From a bacterium (GTDB lineage: Bacteria > SAR324 > XYD2-FULL-50-16): a DNA stretch of 64,000 bases. The first letter of the stretch is position 1. Each line of letters begins with the position of its first letter. The notes below the pieces were generated by a model. It searched no databases. It worked only from the letters and a program-made list of their open reading frames with translations, and had not been told where the DNA came from. Below, piece by piece: positions 30,284 to 39,780 of this stretch. The stretch is taken from positions 1 to 64,000 of the forward strand of contig JAVVEA010000002.1 of NCBI GenBank assembly GCA_032250835.1, written 5' to 3'. The position numbers and the translations under genes are program-made.

Positions 30284-31894
30284 TCACTCCGTATGTATGC
30301 TCGATACCAGAGAATATCGGTTCCTTAGGAGGTCTTTCATGATGTGCAGGAAACTGACCACAATGCGCCGAAGATACTGAAGATCCTCGAAGGACCGGAC
30401 TTTACTTAACACTCTCAACGGGGCCGTCGGATTAAGAACCCGATTCAAGACAAACTTTTTAGTCATCCTGGTCTGTAAGGCCTTCAACTCCTCGGCAGTA
30501 AAGAGCGTGGTAGCTGTGCCGCCTTGCGATAATATGGCGGACAGGGCGATCAACACATTCTCGTCGTGTTCCGATGGATTGAGGTAGGCATCGAAGTTGA
30601 GTAGCCCCTCTTTCTTAAAATCCTCATAGACCCCTGTCCCGATAAAGGGCATCAATAGATAAAAGGAAGCCCAATCGGTTCCCGAGGTAATCGCAAACTC
30701 CAGGCTCTGGAGGATTTGCTCTTTCGTCTCATAGGGGAAGCCAATGATGTAAGTCGAAATAGTCCACATCCCCAGCCTATTGGCTTCCTTACACATAGTC
30801 TCAGCCTTTTTAAGGCTGACATTTTTCTGCATATAACTGCGGGTTTCGGGACAACCCGATTCAACCCCAAAGGTCAGGCGGTAGCAACCAGCCTGTTTCA
30901 TTTTTTTGAGCACATCCTTGTCTAAGGTCCAATAGGCGGTCCCGTTCGGCGTGCTCCACTTAAAGTCTAATTTGCGCTCGATGATCTCATCACAAATACC
31001 GTGCAATCGTTTGCGGTTCACCGATAGGTTGTCGTCTAAAAAAGAAACCTCGCGTACGCCATAATCTTTGATCAGATGTTCCAGTTCATCGGCTACGTTT
31101 TTGGGGCTCCGCTTACGCCACTTCCGCTCCCATACCGAGTGGATCGAGCAAAAATTGCATTTGTAAGGGCAACCGCGCGAACTGAACACAGAGGTCATTG
31201 GAGTCCGCATAAGGTAGGGAGACTTCAGCACCTCAAAGTACTTCTTCATGTTCATTAAGTCCCTAGCCGGGAAAGGGATAGTATCCAAATCCTCGATCAA
31301 TGGACGCCGTGCATTCTCCTTGATCTCGCCGTTGGGGAGTTTGAGGGCGGTCCCCAGAACTTCAGAATAGTCCTCCCCACGGGCCATTTTGGTCACTAGC
31401 TCCAAGAAGGTCACCTCGCCCTCACCAATAGCTACCACGTCGATGTTGTCATCTAAAATGGTCATCCGAGGCTGGATCGAGGCATGAGTTCCACCAACGA
31501 TCACCTTAGTATCCGGCATGTTGTCTTTGATCAGTCGAGCGACATCGTGAGCATCGGTAGCGTAGGCGGTCCACATCGAGGTGATCCCTACGATATCAGG
31601 CTTAAAGGCCTCCAATCGAGCCAAAATATCTTCTTCGCTAAGCCCATACCGACTGCATTGCCTTTCTTCATCATCCAGCCGCACGCCCAACCCTTCGATA
31701 GCGCAATCCAAAATACCTAACGTTAGGTCGATACTGGGATCGAGATATTCGCGTAGGTAAGAAGCTAAATATCCAAGGCCTAATTGGCTTTGAGCCGCTG
31801 GAATCGTCTCGTTAGGCCAAAATACCGTGGTAGGGGGATAAATCAAAAAAACATTCAGTTTCTTCTTGTTTCCAGTTGCCAATTGATCACTCAA
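30284..31894 (-). CDS. B12-binding domain radical SAM protein
   Basis: LGLGYLAS, GGTHAS, GEGE, SRGCPYKCNFC, FLDDN, GVESG. Confidence 0.93.
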   Translation of the reverse strand: MSDQLATGNKKKLNVFLIYPPTTVFWPNETIPAAQSQLGLGYLASYLREYLDPSIDLTLGILDCAIEGLGVRLDDEERQCSRYGLSEEDILARLEAFKPDIVGITSMWTAYATDAHDVARLIKDNMPDTKVIVGGTHASIQPRMTILDDNIDVVAIGEGEVTFLELVTKMARGEDYSEVLGTALKLPNGEIKENARRPLIEDLDTIPFPARDLMNMKKYFEVLKSPYLMRTPMTSVFSSRGCPYKCNFCSIHSVWERKWRKRSPKNVADELEHLIKDYGVREVSFLDDNLSVNRKRLHGICDEIIERKLDFKWSTPNGTAYWTLDKDVLKKMKQAGCYRLTFGVESGCPETRSYMQKNVSLKKAETMCKEANRLGMWTISTYIIGFPYETKEQILQSLEFAITSGTDWASFYLLMPFIGTGVYEDFKKEGLLNFDAYLNPSEHDENVLIALSAILSQGGTATTLFTAEELKALQTRMTKKFVLNRVLNPTAPLRVLSKVRSFEDLQYLRRIVVSFLHIMKDLLRNRYSLVSSIHTE

Positions 31895-32099
31895 ATCGGT
31901 CTCCCAGTTTGTGAGTTGATTTGCCCGCCAGTATAGCGAAGGAGCAGGTTAGCTTTGTTGCGGGAGCAAACGCCCCCAATGAATCTGATGAGACCCTCTT
32001 TTGCCGGCAAAGGATTGCCAAATACTTTTGTAGTTTCCCAAGAGTGTACAGACGCTGCCCAGCAAATTCGGTCATAAACCCTACCAAAACCGGTTCCAT
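31887..32099 (-). CDS. Possible small hypothetical protein
   Basis: 70 aa ORF that fills the gap, with a TAATG overlap upstream and an 8 bp overlap downstream. No recognisable motif. Confidence 0.25.
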   Translation of the reverse strand: MEPVLVGFMTEFAGQRLYTLGKLQKYLAILCRQKRVSSDSLGAFAPATKLTCSFAILAGKSTHKLGDRFE

Positions 32100-33913
32100 T
32101 ACCGCCCCTTGCGTTCTAAAGAAGCGCCAGGGGAGTAGAAATGAGGCAGGAATTCATGGACCCCATAGACCCGTACATCAGGAGTAGACAAGCTTTCTTC
32201 AGGAATCAGCTGACCGGCTTCGATAAAATAGGCCATGTTGTCTTCTTCAACCTGTTTATAATTGACCGTTTTCCCCGGGTTTACATTCAGGTAGGGCTCG
32301 TATTGAGACTCAATGCGGGGATACACAACATACTTAACCCCCGCTTGAAGCAAGTTTTGGGTGATATCCGCCTTGGAATCTTCCACATAGAGCGCTTTGA
32401 GCGCATCATTGTAGAACTCGTTGGCACCGTACCACTCAAAAATTAAGTTTTTCGAAAAACTCGTATACCCCCAAGGCAAACCCGTCTTGCTGTGGCCGGG
32501 CCAGACAGAACCAGGCGAGGGTACCAGCATGATCCGGTAGTCCATTTCATCCCGCCTCATCTGCTCATAGATCATTAGGTCGCTGGGGTCCACTCGGTTA
32601 ACCTGCAGGCTCATAGACTGAGACCCCCGCGTAATTAGCGGTTGCGTGAGGTCCACCCCAAACCAAGGATACAAGTGCGTACAAACCAAAACCAGCCAAA
32701 AACCCACCAAAACAATCCGACTCTTCGAACCTATATCCCAAAGCTCTTTGCTAGAAAGGGCCAGCATAAGAGCCCAGCTAAAAAACATCAGCGGAGAAAA
32801 TCGCCAAACGTTTGAAAATGAAGAAAAAATAAGTCCAAAATTCGCGGAAAACCACTGGAAAAACCAAACACCAAAAGGAGTTTTGGTGCCCGTAATAAAC
32901 AAGAATGAAAAAGCCAGCATGCCCAACGTCACGGCTTCAATGAGCCGCAGCCTGCGTTTACGCCATACAAAAACAAAAAGAACAATCACCACCAAACTCA
33001 ACAGACTGACCCAACGATGGATTTCCTCTAGAGCACCGTCCCCATAGTGGTTTGCATGTTCGGTGGCCATGCTGGTTAAATTGCTCAAGCCAAATAAGTC
33101 CCACAATTCCCAGGAACGATCTGCCAGAGACATCAAACGGAACTTTAGCTCTTCATCAAGGCTGTACCCAGTATGGACTTGGTAATCTGGGTTTCGCAGC
33201 GCCATGACAAACGGCAACAGCCAAAACAAATTCAGGAAGATAAAAAACCCTCCGGCGGATGCAAACTTCCCGGTCAGGCGCAGCTTGTTCCTTGATCTAA
33301 AAATAATGACCAAGCTGTAAGGAACGGCCAAAAAAGCAATTAATACCAAATTATTGGTCAGCAAGCTGGTAAAAAACAATGCCAGCATCAACCAAATCAG
33401 ATGGCCTATCTTTTCATCAGACTCCAGGCGACTTAAATAGAGCCAGACTAAAGGAAATACCGGAAAAACATATACTTGAAATAAATGCCCACCGATGAAC
33501 ATGGACATAATTCGAGGATTGAACATGTAGGGCAACGAGAACAGAACCGCAGCCCAAACCCCAACGCCCAAGTGTCGCAACAGAAAAAAGAAGCTGATCC
33601 CCGAAGCGGCCAGCAAGCCAACCATCAATAGCTTCGGCCCCAGGGTTGGACTCGACAAACTATCGATAAAATCGGCAATCAGCTGAAAAAATATCAATGA
33701 GTTAAAAGGTGACTCGCGCCCGCCAAAGAAAAATTCCTGCCAAACATAAAAGGAGCTCGACGTCAGTTTGCGCTGACCGTCCATATAGGGACTGGCCCCC
33801 CAGTCCCAGACACGCCCCATTACGCCTGCTTTGTTCACCACCTCCCACAATGCAGCCAACGACACAAAGCAGAGGACAAAAAGGGGAAGGATATTATTTC
33901 TTAGGCGGCTCAT
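32099..33913 (-). CDS. Polytopic membrane protein, putative GT-C; paralog of the N-terminal half of 11544..15089
   Basis: Shared blocks WDWG/WDQS, FNPRIMSMFIGGH/FNPRIYSELISGH, MATEH/AATEY, TKTPFG/AHTPLG, LYPWF/LYPFW, SQSMS/SQTLS, FLPHF/YLPRV. Confidence 0.7.
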   Translation of the reverse strand: MSRLRNNILPLFVLCFVSLAALWEVVNKAGVMGRVWDWGASPYMDGQRKLTSSSFYVWQEFFFGGRESPFNSLIFFQLIADFIDSLSSPTLGPKLLMVGLLAASGISFFFLLRHLGVGVWAAVLFSLPYMFNPRIMSMFIGGHLFQVYVFPVFPLVWLYLSRLESDEKIGHLIWLMLALFFTSLLTNNLVLIAFLAVPYSLVIIFRSRNKLRLTGKFASAGGFFIFLNLFWLLPFVMALRNPDYQVHTGYSLDEELKFRLMSLADRSWELWDLFGLSNLTSMATEHANHYGDGALEEIHRWVSLLSLVVIVLFVFVWRKRRLRLIEAVTLGMLAFSFLFITGTKTPFGVWFFQWFSANFGLIFSSFSNVWRFSPLMFFSWALMLALSSKELWDIGSKSRIVLVGFWLVLVCTHLYPWFGVDLTQPLITRGSQSMSLQVNRVDPSDLMIYEQMRRDEMDYRIMLVPSPGSVWPGHSKTGLPWGYTSFSKNLIFEWYGANEFYNDALKALYVEDSKADITQNLLQAGVKYVVYPRIESQYEPYLNVNPGKTVNYKQVEEDNMAYFIEAGQLIPEESLSTPDVRVYGVHEFLPHFYSPGASLERKGR

Positions 33914-33919
33914 CGGCGG

Positions 33920-34594
33920 CTAGGGCTGCTTGAGGGCGCGAACAATAACCGACCGCCCCAGGGTAGGGAAGAGCTTTGGAATCAGACGGCTATAAAGCGT
34001 CCCGGTGCCATTGAAGTTGAGCACATCAGAGATCAAGTCGCTCACCTCGAATCGGTTGTCCTCCAGGAGTTGCCTCATATCTTGATGCGTAAAGTAGCGG
34101 ATATGGCCGGCGTCATGTTCACGAGCGGTGTATTCGGTCATCGGATTTTTCCCGAGCATCAACATCAACCGCCGCCCCAAGGTCGCGATATTTGGGGTGC
34201 TAAGGATCACCTGCCCGCCATCTTTCAAAAGGGAACGTATCTTTTGTAAAAAAGCATCGGTATCAAAAACATGCTCAATGATTTCCCCGCCCCAAATGGC
34301 GTCAAACTGAAAGTCGAAGGTTGGCCAGTCCCCTTCTATATTGCATTCAACCACCTCAATTCCCTTCTGCCGAGCCATTTCAGCCGCCGGGCGGCTGTTT
34401 TCGAAGCCATAAACTTCGTTGCCTTGTTCTTTGATCCGTTGCGCGATGCTGCCATCCCAGCAACCAAGGTCCAAGACCCGCTTACCGCTTCCAATCAGTT
34501 GAAGTGCCAAGTCAATGCGGACCAAGCCAGAATCTTGGATCGGCTGCGGGGCCGCATACTTGGTGGAGTTAAAGTCGGTGGTTTCACGTGACAT
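33920..34594 (-). CDS. Class I SAM-dependent methyltransferase
   Basis: VLDLGCWDG, GEIIEH, STPN, GHIRYFT. Confidence 0.92.
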   Translation of the reverse strand: MSRETTDFNSTKYAAPQPIQDSGLVRIDLALQLIGSGKRVLDLGCWDGSIAQRIKEQGNEVYGFENSRPAAEMARQKGIEVVECNIEGDWPTFDFQFDAIWGGEIIEHVFDTDAFLQKIRSLLKDGGQVILSTPNIATLGRRLMLMLGKNPMTEYTAREHDAGHIRYFTHQDMRQLLEDNRFEVSDLISDVLNFNGTGTLYSRLIPKLFPTLGRSVIVRALKQP

Positions 34595-34632
34595 AAGAGG
34601 CTAGCTCACAGTAGCGTTTCGAAAAGTTAAGA

Positions 34633-35799
34633 TTATCCTACAGAGGCCGAAGGTACTTGGCTTTCAATGATTGCCTTGGAAAAAATATCTTTCCAATTAT
34701 AGCTCTCCATGTACCTTAAGGCATTTTGCCGCATCTCACGGAACAATTCCGGGCTCTCAGCGATCTCTAGAAGCGCTTGAGCCAGGGATTCGGAAGTATA
34801 TTCTACCACCCTTCCCGCAACATTTTCCTCGATGTCTTTGGCGATTGGCGGCACGGAAGTGACCAAAGTCGGCAACCCGCAAGCGAGATAATCTTTGACG
34901 CGGCTGGGATCGGCCCAGGCCGAAAGGTTGCCTTGATAGGGTTTGTAGAGTGCCAGTCCCAGATCAAAATGGGGCAGTTTGGCCAAAACCTCGTCATGAT
35001 TCATCCGCCCCAGCAGATAAACACCTTCCCCTAAGGCTTGCAACCGGGGCTCATATGGTTCATAGGTCACCCCATCCTCGGACCGATCTTCTGGCGTTTT
35101 GCCAATGACGTAAAGTTCAATCTCGGGCAGCGCTTTTTTGAGTTCGGCAAAGGCTTCAATTACCAGATCCACCCCCTTGCTGGGTGCCAACGCGCCGAGA
35201 AGGACCAACTTAGTCGCACGTACTTTTGTCTCCGCCGCCGGGAGTTGGATTTTGTCAAACTCCACACCCACCGGGACCAGCAGGTTTTTAGACGGCTCAA
35301 GCCCTTGCTCAGCCCGGACCTCACAAATTTTTGGCGAGAGGTTCCAAGCCGCGTCGCAATGGTTGACGCAATATTGATCAATTAGGTGGTAGAATCGGTT
35401 CAGAACCGGATTTGAAAAGCGGGTAGGCATCCAATCGATGGTATAGAAGTAAACCCTCTCGACTCGGCCCAGCTTTTTAAGCAACAGTGCCACGAAACAG
35501 TTTAGCGGATCTACGCCCAAACAAACATCGTACTTCTGACCAAACCGAAGCCCCCAAATCAAGGTCAGCAGAGCATCACGGAGGTAGGTGATCAGATTCG
35601 GCAGGCGAGAGCCCCAAACTTTGCGTTTAAAGACCCAATTCCCTTGGTTCGTTCGCCCCACAGTGCTTGCGCGGTCCATGCAATAAGGCAGGGGGTGCAG
35701 CAGCACATCTACCGACTCGGCCTCACGGGCGAAATAGTCCACCGCTGCCTCGGTAGGCCCTGCCAGATCGGTAATATGGCTTACTATCAACACCTTCAT
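34633..35799 (-). CDS. Glycosyltransferase family 4-like
   Basis: VPVGV, LGALAPSKGVD, DPSRVKDYLACGLP. Confidence 0.88.
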   Translation of the reverse strand: MKVLIVSHITDLAGPTEAAVDYFAREAESVDVLLHPLPYCMDRASTVGRTNQGNWVFKRKVWGSRLPNLITYLRDALLTLIWGLRFGQKYDVCLGVDPLNCFVALLLKKLGRVERVYFYTIDWMPTRFSNPVLNRFYHLIDQYCVNHCDAAWNLSPKICEVRAEQGLEPSKNLLVPVGVEFDKIQLPAAETKVRATKLVLLGALAPSKGVDLVIEAFAELKKALPEIELYVIGKTPEDRSEDGVTYEPYEPRLQALGEGVYLLGRMNHDEVLAKLPHFDLGLALYKPYQGNLSAWADPSRVKDYLACGLPTLVTSVPPIAKDIEENVAGRVVEYTSESLAQALLEIAESPELFREMRQNALRYMESYNWKDIFSKAIIESQVPSASVG

Positions 35800-35839
35800 A
35801 AACGGCCCAGTCAAAGGGAATGACTCAATCTTGAAATTG

Positions 35840-35868
35840 ATTCTGCCTTCTCAACCCCTTGCTGTAAA
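35840..35868 (-). promoter_or_regulatory. Possible internal sigma70-like promoter
   Basis: Minus strand TTTACA, 17 nt, CAGAAT. Confidence 0.4.
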
Positions 35869-35872
35869 GTCT

Positions 35873-37378
35873 TTAGAAGGAAAGGACAGCACGGTATTTT
35901 TTGAATAGGTTAATCTCAATTTGGAATCGATACAGCCCGAACTTATAGCGGAAGCGACCTAACAGCGCAATCCCCTGGATCCCCAGCTGCCCAGCAAACC
36001 GGAAGGGCCAAGCTTTGGAGGTTTTTTCACAATACTCCAAAAACAACGCCCTCAATACTGATAGGTCCGTACTGATCAGAAACGAGTAAAACCAGATCGT
36101 GTTAACGAAGTCCGGGTCTTTGATCCAGGGGCTGATGTAGGGGTTATTCTCGGTCATGTCCCTCTGAACCGAAATGATCCACTCTTGAACCGTCGCGGGC
36201 ATGGTCAAGCCAGCTTCTGCGCACTTGTCGTACAGCGGGGAGCCCGGATAGGGTCGAAATATCTGGGGCCCAAGAATCCGCACGCCCGTATCGATCCGCA
36301 TCAATTTGCGGAACATTTCAAGGGTCTGCGCTACGTCATCCCGTTCCTCGCCAGGCGCTCCAATGATAAAAGAGAAAGTCGGTTGGATCCCCACGTCAAT
36401 ACAACGCTGAGCAGCACTGTAGACATCGTCGGACTTTATGCGTTTGTTGTAAATCTTCAACATCTTTTCGGAGGCCGACTCGGCACCCATCGCCAATTTG
36501 ATGCAGCCGCTGTCTTTGAGTCGCTGGAGCAATTCCTCATCTAAAATCCGCCGGAAGGTATCGGCCCGAATCTCTGCGGCCCAACTGAACTTTAGGTTGC
36601 GGGCCTCAATGGCGTCTAACAGTTCAGTTACCCTCTTTTTACTAACAAAAAAGTGCTCGTCCCAGAACCAAACAGTATTGGCCCCATATTCGCGGATTAC
36701 ATACTCGATTTCGTCAGCCGTACGCTCAGCATCCCAGGAGCGCCATTTATTGCTCCCCTCAATAGCGGAGTTGATGCAGAAGCTGCATTTAAAAGGGCAC
36801 CCACGGCTAGACAACACGCCGATGCTGCTTCCCTGGAAAAAATCAATCATCTTGGTGCCCAACAATCGATAGTTGATATGGGGCATTTCAGAATAATTGA
36901 AATCCTTATTCGGAGCATTAACCACTGGCCCGGCCTCGGCCAGATACCCAACGCCCAAAATACTGGAAGGGTCTTGCTGCGACTCTAAGGCGTTGATCAG
37001 TTCCAAGAAGGGCAACTCCCCCTCTCCGGTAATTACATAGTCAAACCACCCACTTTGAATGGTTTGCTCTGGGAACAGAGTGCCGTGCACTCCCCCCAAG
37101 ACAACCGGCCCTTCGAATCCACGTTCCTTACGAGAATAGTCCAAAATGGCTTCTACCGAAGGCAAATGGACGGTCATGGCGCTGATTCCAATCAAATCAG
37201 TCTCAGGCAGCAATTGATCGAGTCGTTTTTTCCAATCGCCTTCTACCGCGCAGTCCAACAAAGTTACCTGATGACCTTTAGACTCAATCCAACTGCCAAT
37301 ATGCAACAACCCAAGCGGTAGGTTGTAGGCGTCTCCGTCGGTGACTAAATACTCGGGATAGATAAGTAATATGCGCAA
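35873..37378 (-). CDS. B12-binding domain radical SAM protein
   Basis: LPLGLL, GGVHGT, GEGE, SRGCPFKCSFC, GAESAS, FRPYPGS. Confidence 0.93.
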   Translation of the reverse strand: MRILLIYPEYLVTDGDAYNLPLGLLHIGSWIESKGHQVTLLDCAVEGDWKKRLDQLLPETDLIGISAMTVHLPSVEAILDYSRKERGFEGPVVLGGVHGTLFPEQTIQSGWFDYVITGEGELPFLELINALESQQDPSSILGVGYLAEAGPVVNAPNKDFNYSEMPHINYRLLGTKMIDFFQGSSIGVLSSRGCPFKCSFCINSAIEGSNKWRSWDAERTADEIEYVIREYGANTVWFWDEHFFVSKKRVTELLDAIEARNLKFSWAAEIRADTFRRILDEELLQRLKDSGCIKLAMGAESASEKMLKIYNKRIKSDDVYSAAQRCIDVGIQPTFSFIIGAPGEERDDVAQTLEMFRKLMRIDTGVRILGPQIFRPYPGSPLYDKCAEAGLTMPATVQEWIISVQRDMTENNPYISPWIKDPDFVNTIWFYSFLISTDLSVLRALFLEYCEKTSKAWPFRFAGQLGIQGIALLGRFRYKFGLYRFQIEINLFKKYRAVLSF

Positions 37379-37605
37379 GGGGTACCTTTGTTGTGTGCTG
37401 CGGTTGTCTATGAGGCCTAATCGGCAATGTAAACGGCTTCCGTTGAGCGCAACCCCATCCTTTTATCAGCACTGCCCAAGACAGGCAACCTTTCAAGAGA
37501 GAATAGAATAAGGGTTTTTAAACATAATATATATCTTTTGATAAAAACTCAACGTTTGTTTCACATCAATCCTAAGGGACCCCTAAAATTAGGCGCTGGC
37601 ACACT

Positions 37606-37634
37606 TTGACAAATTTAGGGGTGCAACCTAGTAT
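37606..37634 (+). promoter_or_regulatory. sigma70-like promoter
   Basis: TTGACA (37606-37611), 17 nt, TAGTAT (37629-37634), 23 nt before ATG 37658. Confidence 0.65.
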
Positions 37635-37657
37635 AGGGAAAACTAACCACGGGAACG

Positions 37658-38377
37658 ATGGACGAATTCAATCAACGGCAAAGCAACTATTTCGACCGCT
37701 ACGCCCAAACGCCCCAAGCAGAAGTCACCCAAAGCCCTGCGGACCAAATCGAATGGCAGGCCTTTAAAGCGGTTATCGGAGACCTGAAGGGCAAAAAGGT
37801 CTTGGATTTAGGCTGCGGTGCAGGTCGTTATTCGATCCGATGCGCTGAAGACGCCGAGGAGGTGATTGGAACCGATTTATCCCCAGTTTCCATTGAGTTG
37901 GCAAATCAAAATGCGGCCTCCCGAGGGCTGCAGAACATGAAAGCTTTAGTCTTTGATTTCAAAGAAATCCGCTGGGAACGTTACTTTGATCGGGCCATTC
38001 TGGTCAACATGCTGCACCACACTTCCGAAGCCGAGCAAATTTTACAGAACCTTTCCCTATCCCTAAAAGAGGATGGCTCTTTGGTCATCTTTGAAAACAA
38101 TTCGATGAACCCTCTCTTTATTCCTTTCTTCATCAAATTAGGCCAACTGGGCAGCCATTGGAGCCGCCAATACCTAAGAAGCAATCTGTTTTCTTTGAAA
38201 AAGCTGCTTGAGGCCAATGGCTTTGTCGTGGAAGAAATCCACCGGTATGGGTTCTTGCCGACGGGGCTCTACAATCGTTCGCTAGTTTTTAAAAAAATCA
38301 ACGACTGTCTAAACCGTATCCCGGTGGTCAATTGGTTCACCGCATTTTATATAATCCGCGCTCGCCCCCGCCCCTAG
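37658..38377 (+). CDS. Class I SAM-dependent methyltransferase
   Basis: VLDLGCGAG, GTDLS, NMLHH. Confidence 0.92.
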   Translation: MDEFNQRQSNYFDRYAQTPQAEVTQSPADQIEWQAFKAVIGDLKGKKVLDLGCGAGRYSIRCAEDAEEVIGTDLSPVSIELANQNAASRGLQNMKALVFDFKEIRWERYFDRAILVNMLHHTSEAEQILQNLSLSLKEDGSLVIFENNSMNPLFIPFFIKLGQLGSHWSRQYLRSNLFSLKKLLEANGFVVEEIHRYGFLPTGLYNRSLVFKKINDCLNRIPVVNWFTAFYIIRARPRP

Positions 38378-38505
38378 GCCTGGCGAATGAGGTAAGCCAC
38401 TCACCCTCGGCGCAGAGGGAAACCACTAAAAGCCAAATGGACCCTACCTTGACTTGCCGCCCTCAATCTGACAAAGCTCGCAAATAACTTGACGCAAAGG
38501 CCGAT

Positions 38506-38709
38506 ATGACCCCCTTAAGTTCGCGTATTCTTGACCTGATTGCCTGCCCTGCTTGCAAAGCGCCGCTAGAGTATCAATCAGAGCAGTTAACCTGTAAGGC
38601 CTGCGCACTCCAGTTCCCCGTTATCGAAGGGAAGCCTGTGTTGGTATTGGAGCGGGCAACCAAATTGTCAACTGAAGGGGTAGACAGCCAACCCATCGAT
38701 GGGAATTGA
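38506..38709 (+). CDS. Trm112-like (YcaR/UPF0434) protein
   Basis: LDLIACPACKAPL...CKAC...FPVIEGKPVL. Confidence 0.85.
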   Translation: MTPLSSRILDLIACPACKAPLEYQSEQLTCKACALQFPVIEGKPVLVLERATKLSTEGVDSQPIDGN

Positions 38710-38710
38710 A

Positions 38711-39505
38711 ATGAGTTCGCTTTTAGCCAATACGTTTTTTTATCCCTACCAGGTTTTTTTCAAAGCCGAGAAAGCTGAAAACGAACAGATGATGGCCAAG
38801 CATGCTTCGGGCATCATCGGTGACCTCGGCTGCGGGAGCGCCAACTACAAGCCTTATTGTCTTTCGCTGGAAAAGGTTCAAGACTATATTGGGATGGACT
38901 ATCCTGTTTGGGGAGAGAATTTCAACCAGTCTATGAATCTGGCGGATCTAGGCGGTATTGCCAAATCGCTACTGCGGGCCTCGGCTCTGGGCGCCGAGGT
39001 TTATGTAGATGGAACCCAACTGGCGATTGGCAACAACAAATTTGATACGATCCTTTCACTAGGCGTATTAGAGCATGTCTTTAAATACGAAGCTTATTTG
39101 CGCGAAGTCCATAGGGTCTTAAAGCCCGGTGGGAAGCTGCTGATCACCACGCCCTTTTTATACCAAGCCCACGGCGGTGTGGACGGCGAAGATGACTACT
39201 TCCGATGGACCCGCTCGGGCTTAACCAAAGAGCTTGAATTGGCGGGATTTGAAATCGTTGAACGCGATACCTTTGGCGGCGTAGGCACCATGCTTTCTCA
39301 GTTAATCAACGGCTACCTGATCAGACTCCTCAATATTTACAAAGAAGAAAATAAGGCGTGGAAGTTAATCCGACTCGGGACAGCCTCCCTATTTGCTGCG
39401 CCGATCTTTTTTGGGGTCAATGCCGTTAGTTGGGTTTTGGACCGGATGAGTCGAGATGTCACCTTTGCTTCTGGCTACCGGTTTGTTGCCCAAAAACCCG
39501 GCTAA
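38711..39505 (+). CDS. Class I SAM-dependent methyltransferase (type 11)
   Basis: DLGCGS, VLEHV, VLKPGG, TPFLYQAH, DYFRWT. Confidence 0.9.
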   Translation: MSSLLANTFFYPYQVFFKAEKAENEQMMAKHASGIIGDLGCGSANYKPYCLSLEKVQDYIGMDYPVWGENFNQSMNLADLGGIAKSLLRASALGAEVYVDGTQLAIGNNKFDTILSLGVLEHVFKYEAYLREVHRVLKPGGKLLITTPFLYQAHGGVDGEDDYFRWTRSGLTKELELAGFEIVERDTFGGVGTMLSQLINGYLIRLLNIYKEENKAWKLIRLGTASLFAAPIFFGVNAVSWVLDRMSRDVTFASGYRFVAQKPG

Positions 39506-39780
39506 GTTAAGCAGCGGGTCTCGTAAGCTATCCGCATGCCTATGTTTGATCCCTTTGGGCGATTTGCAAGCCAGCCGCGAGCATTTTGGCTGCTTCCGGC
39601 TAGGTTTTGCAGGCCAGGATGGCTCCCAGGCAAAGGCTGTTACCGAACATTGTTGAATTTGACAGGAATCGGGCCCGAGTCTTGGTTTTTGAATATCCAA
39701 ACTTCTAACGGAAAGCCTTCACAATTAAGGTTTTTTCAGACCAACATAAATTTAACCGCAGCGCTCCAGGTGCATGATCT

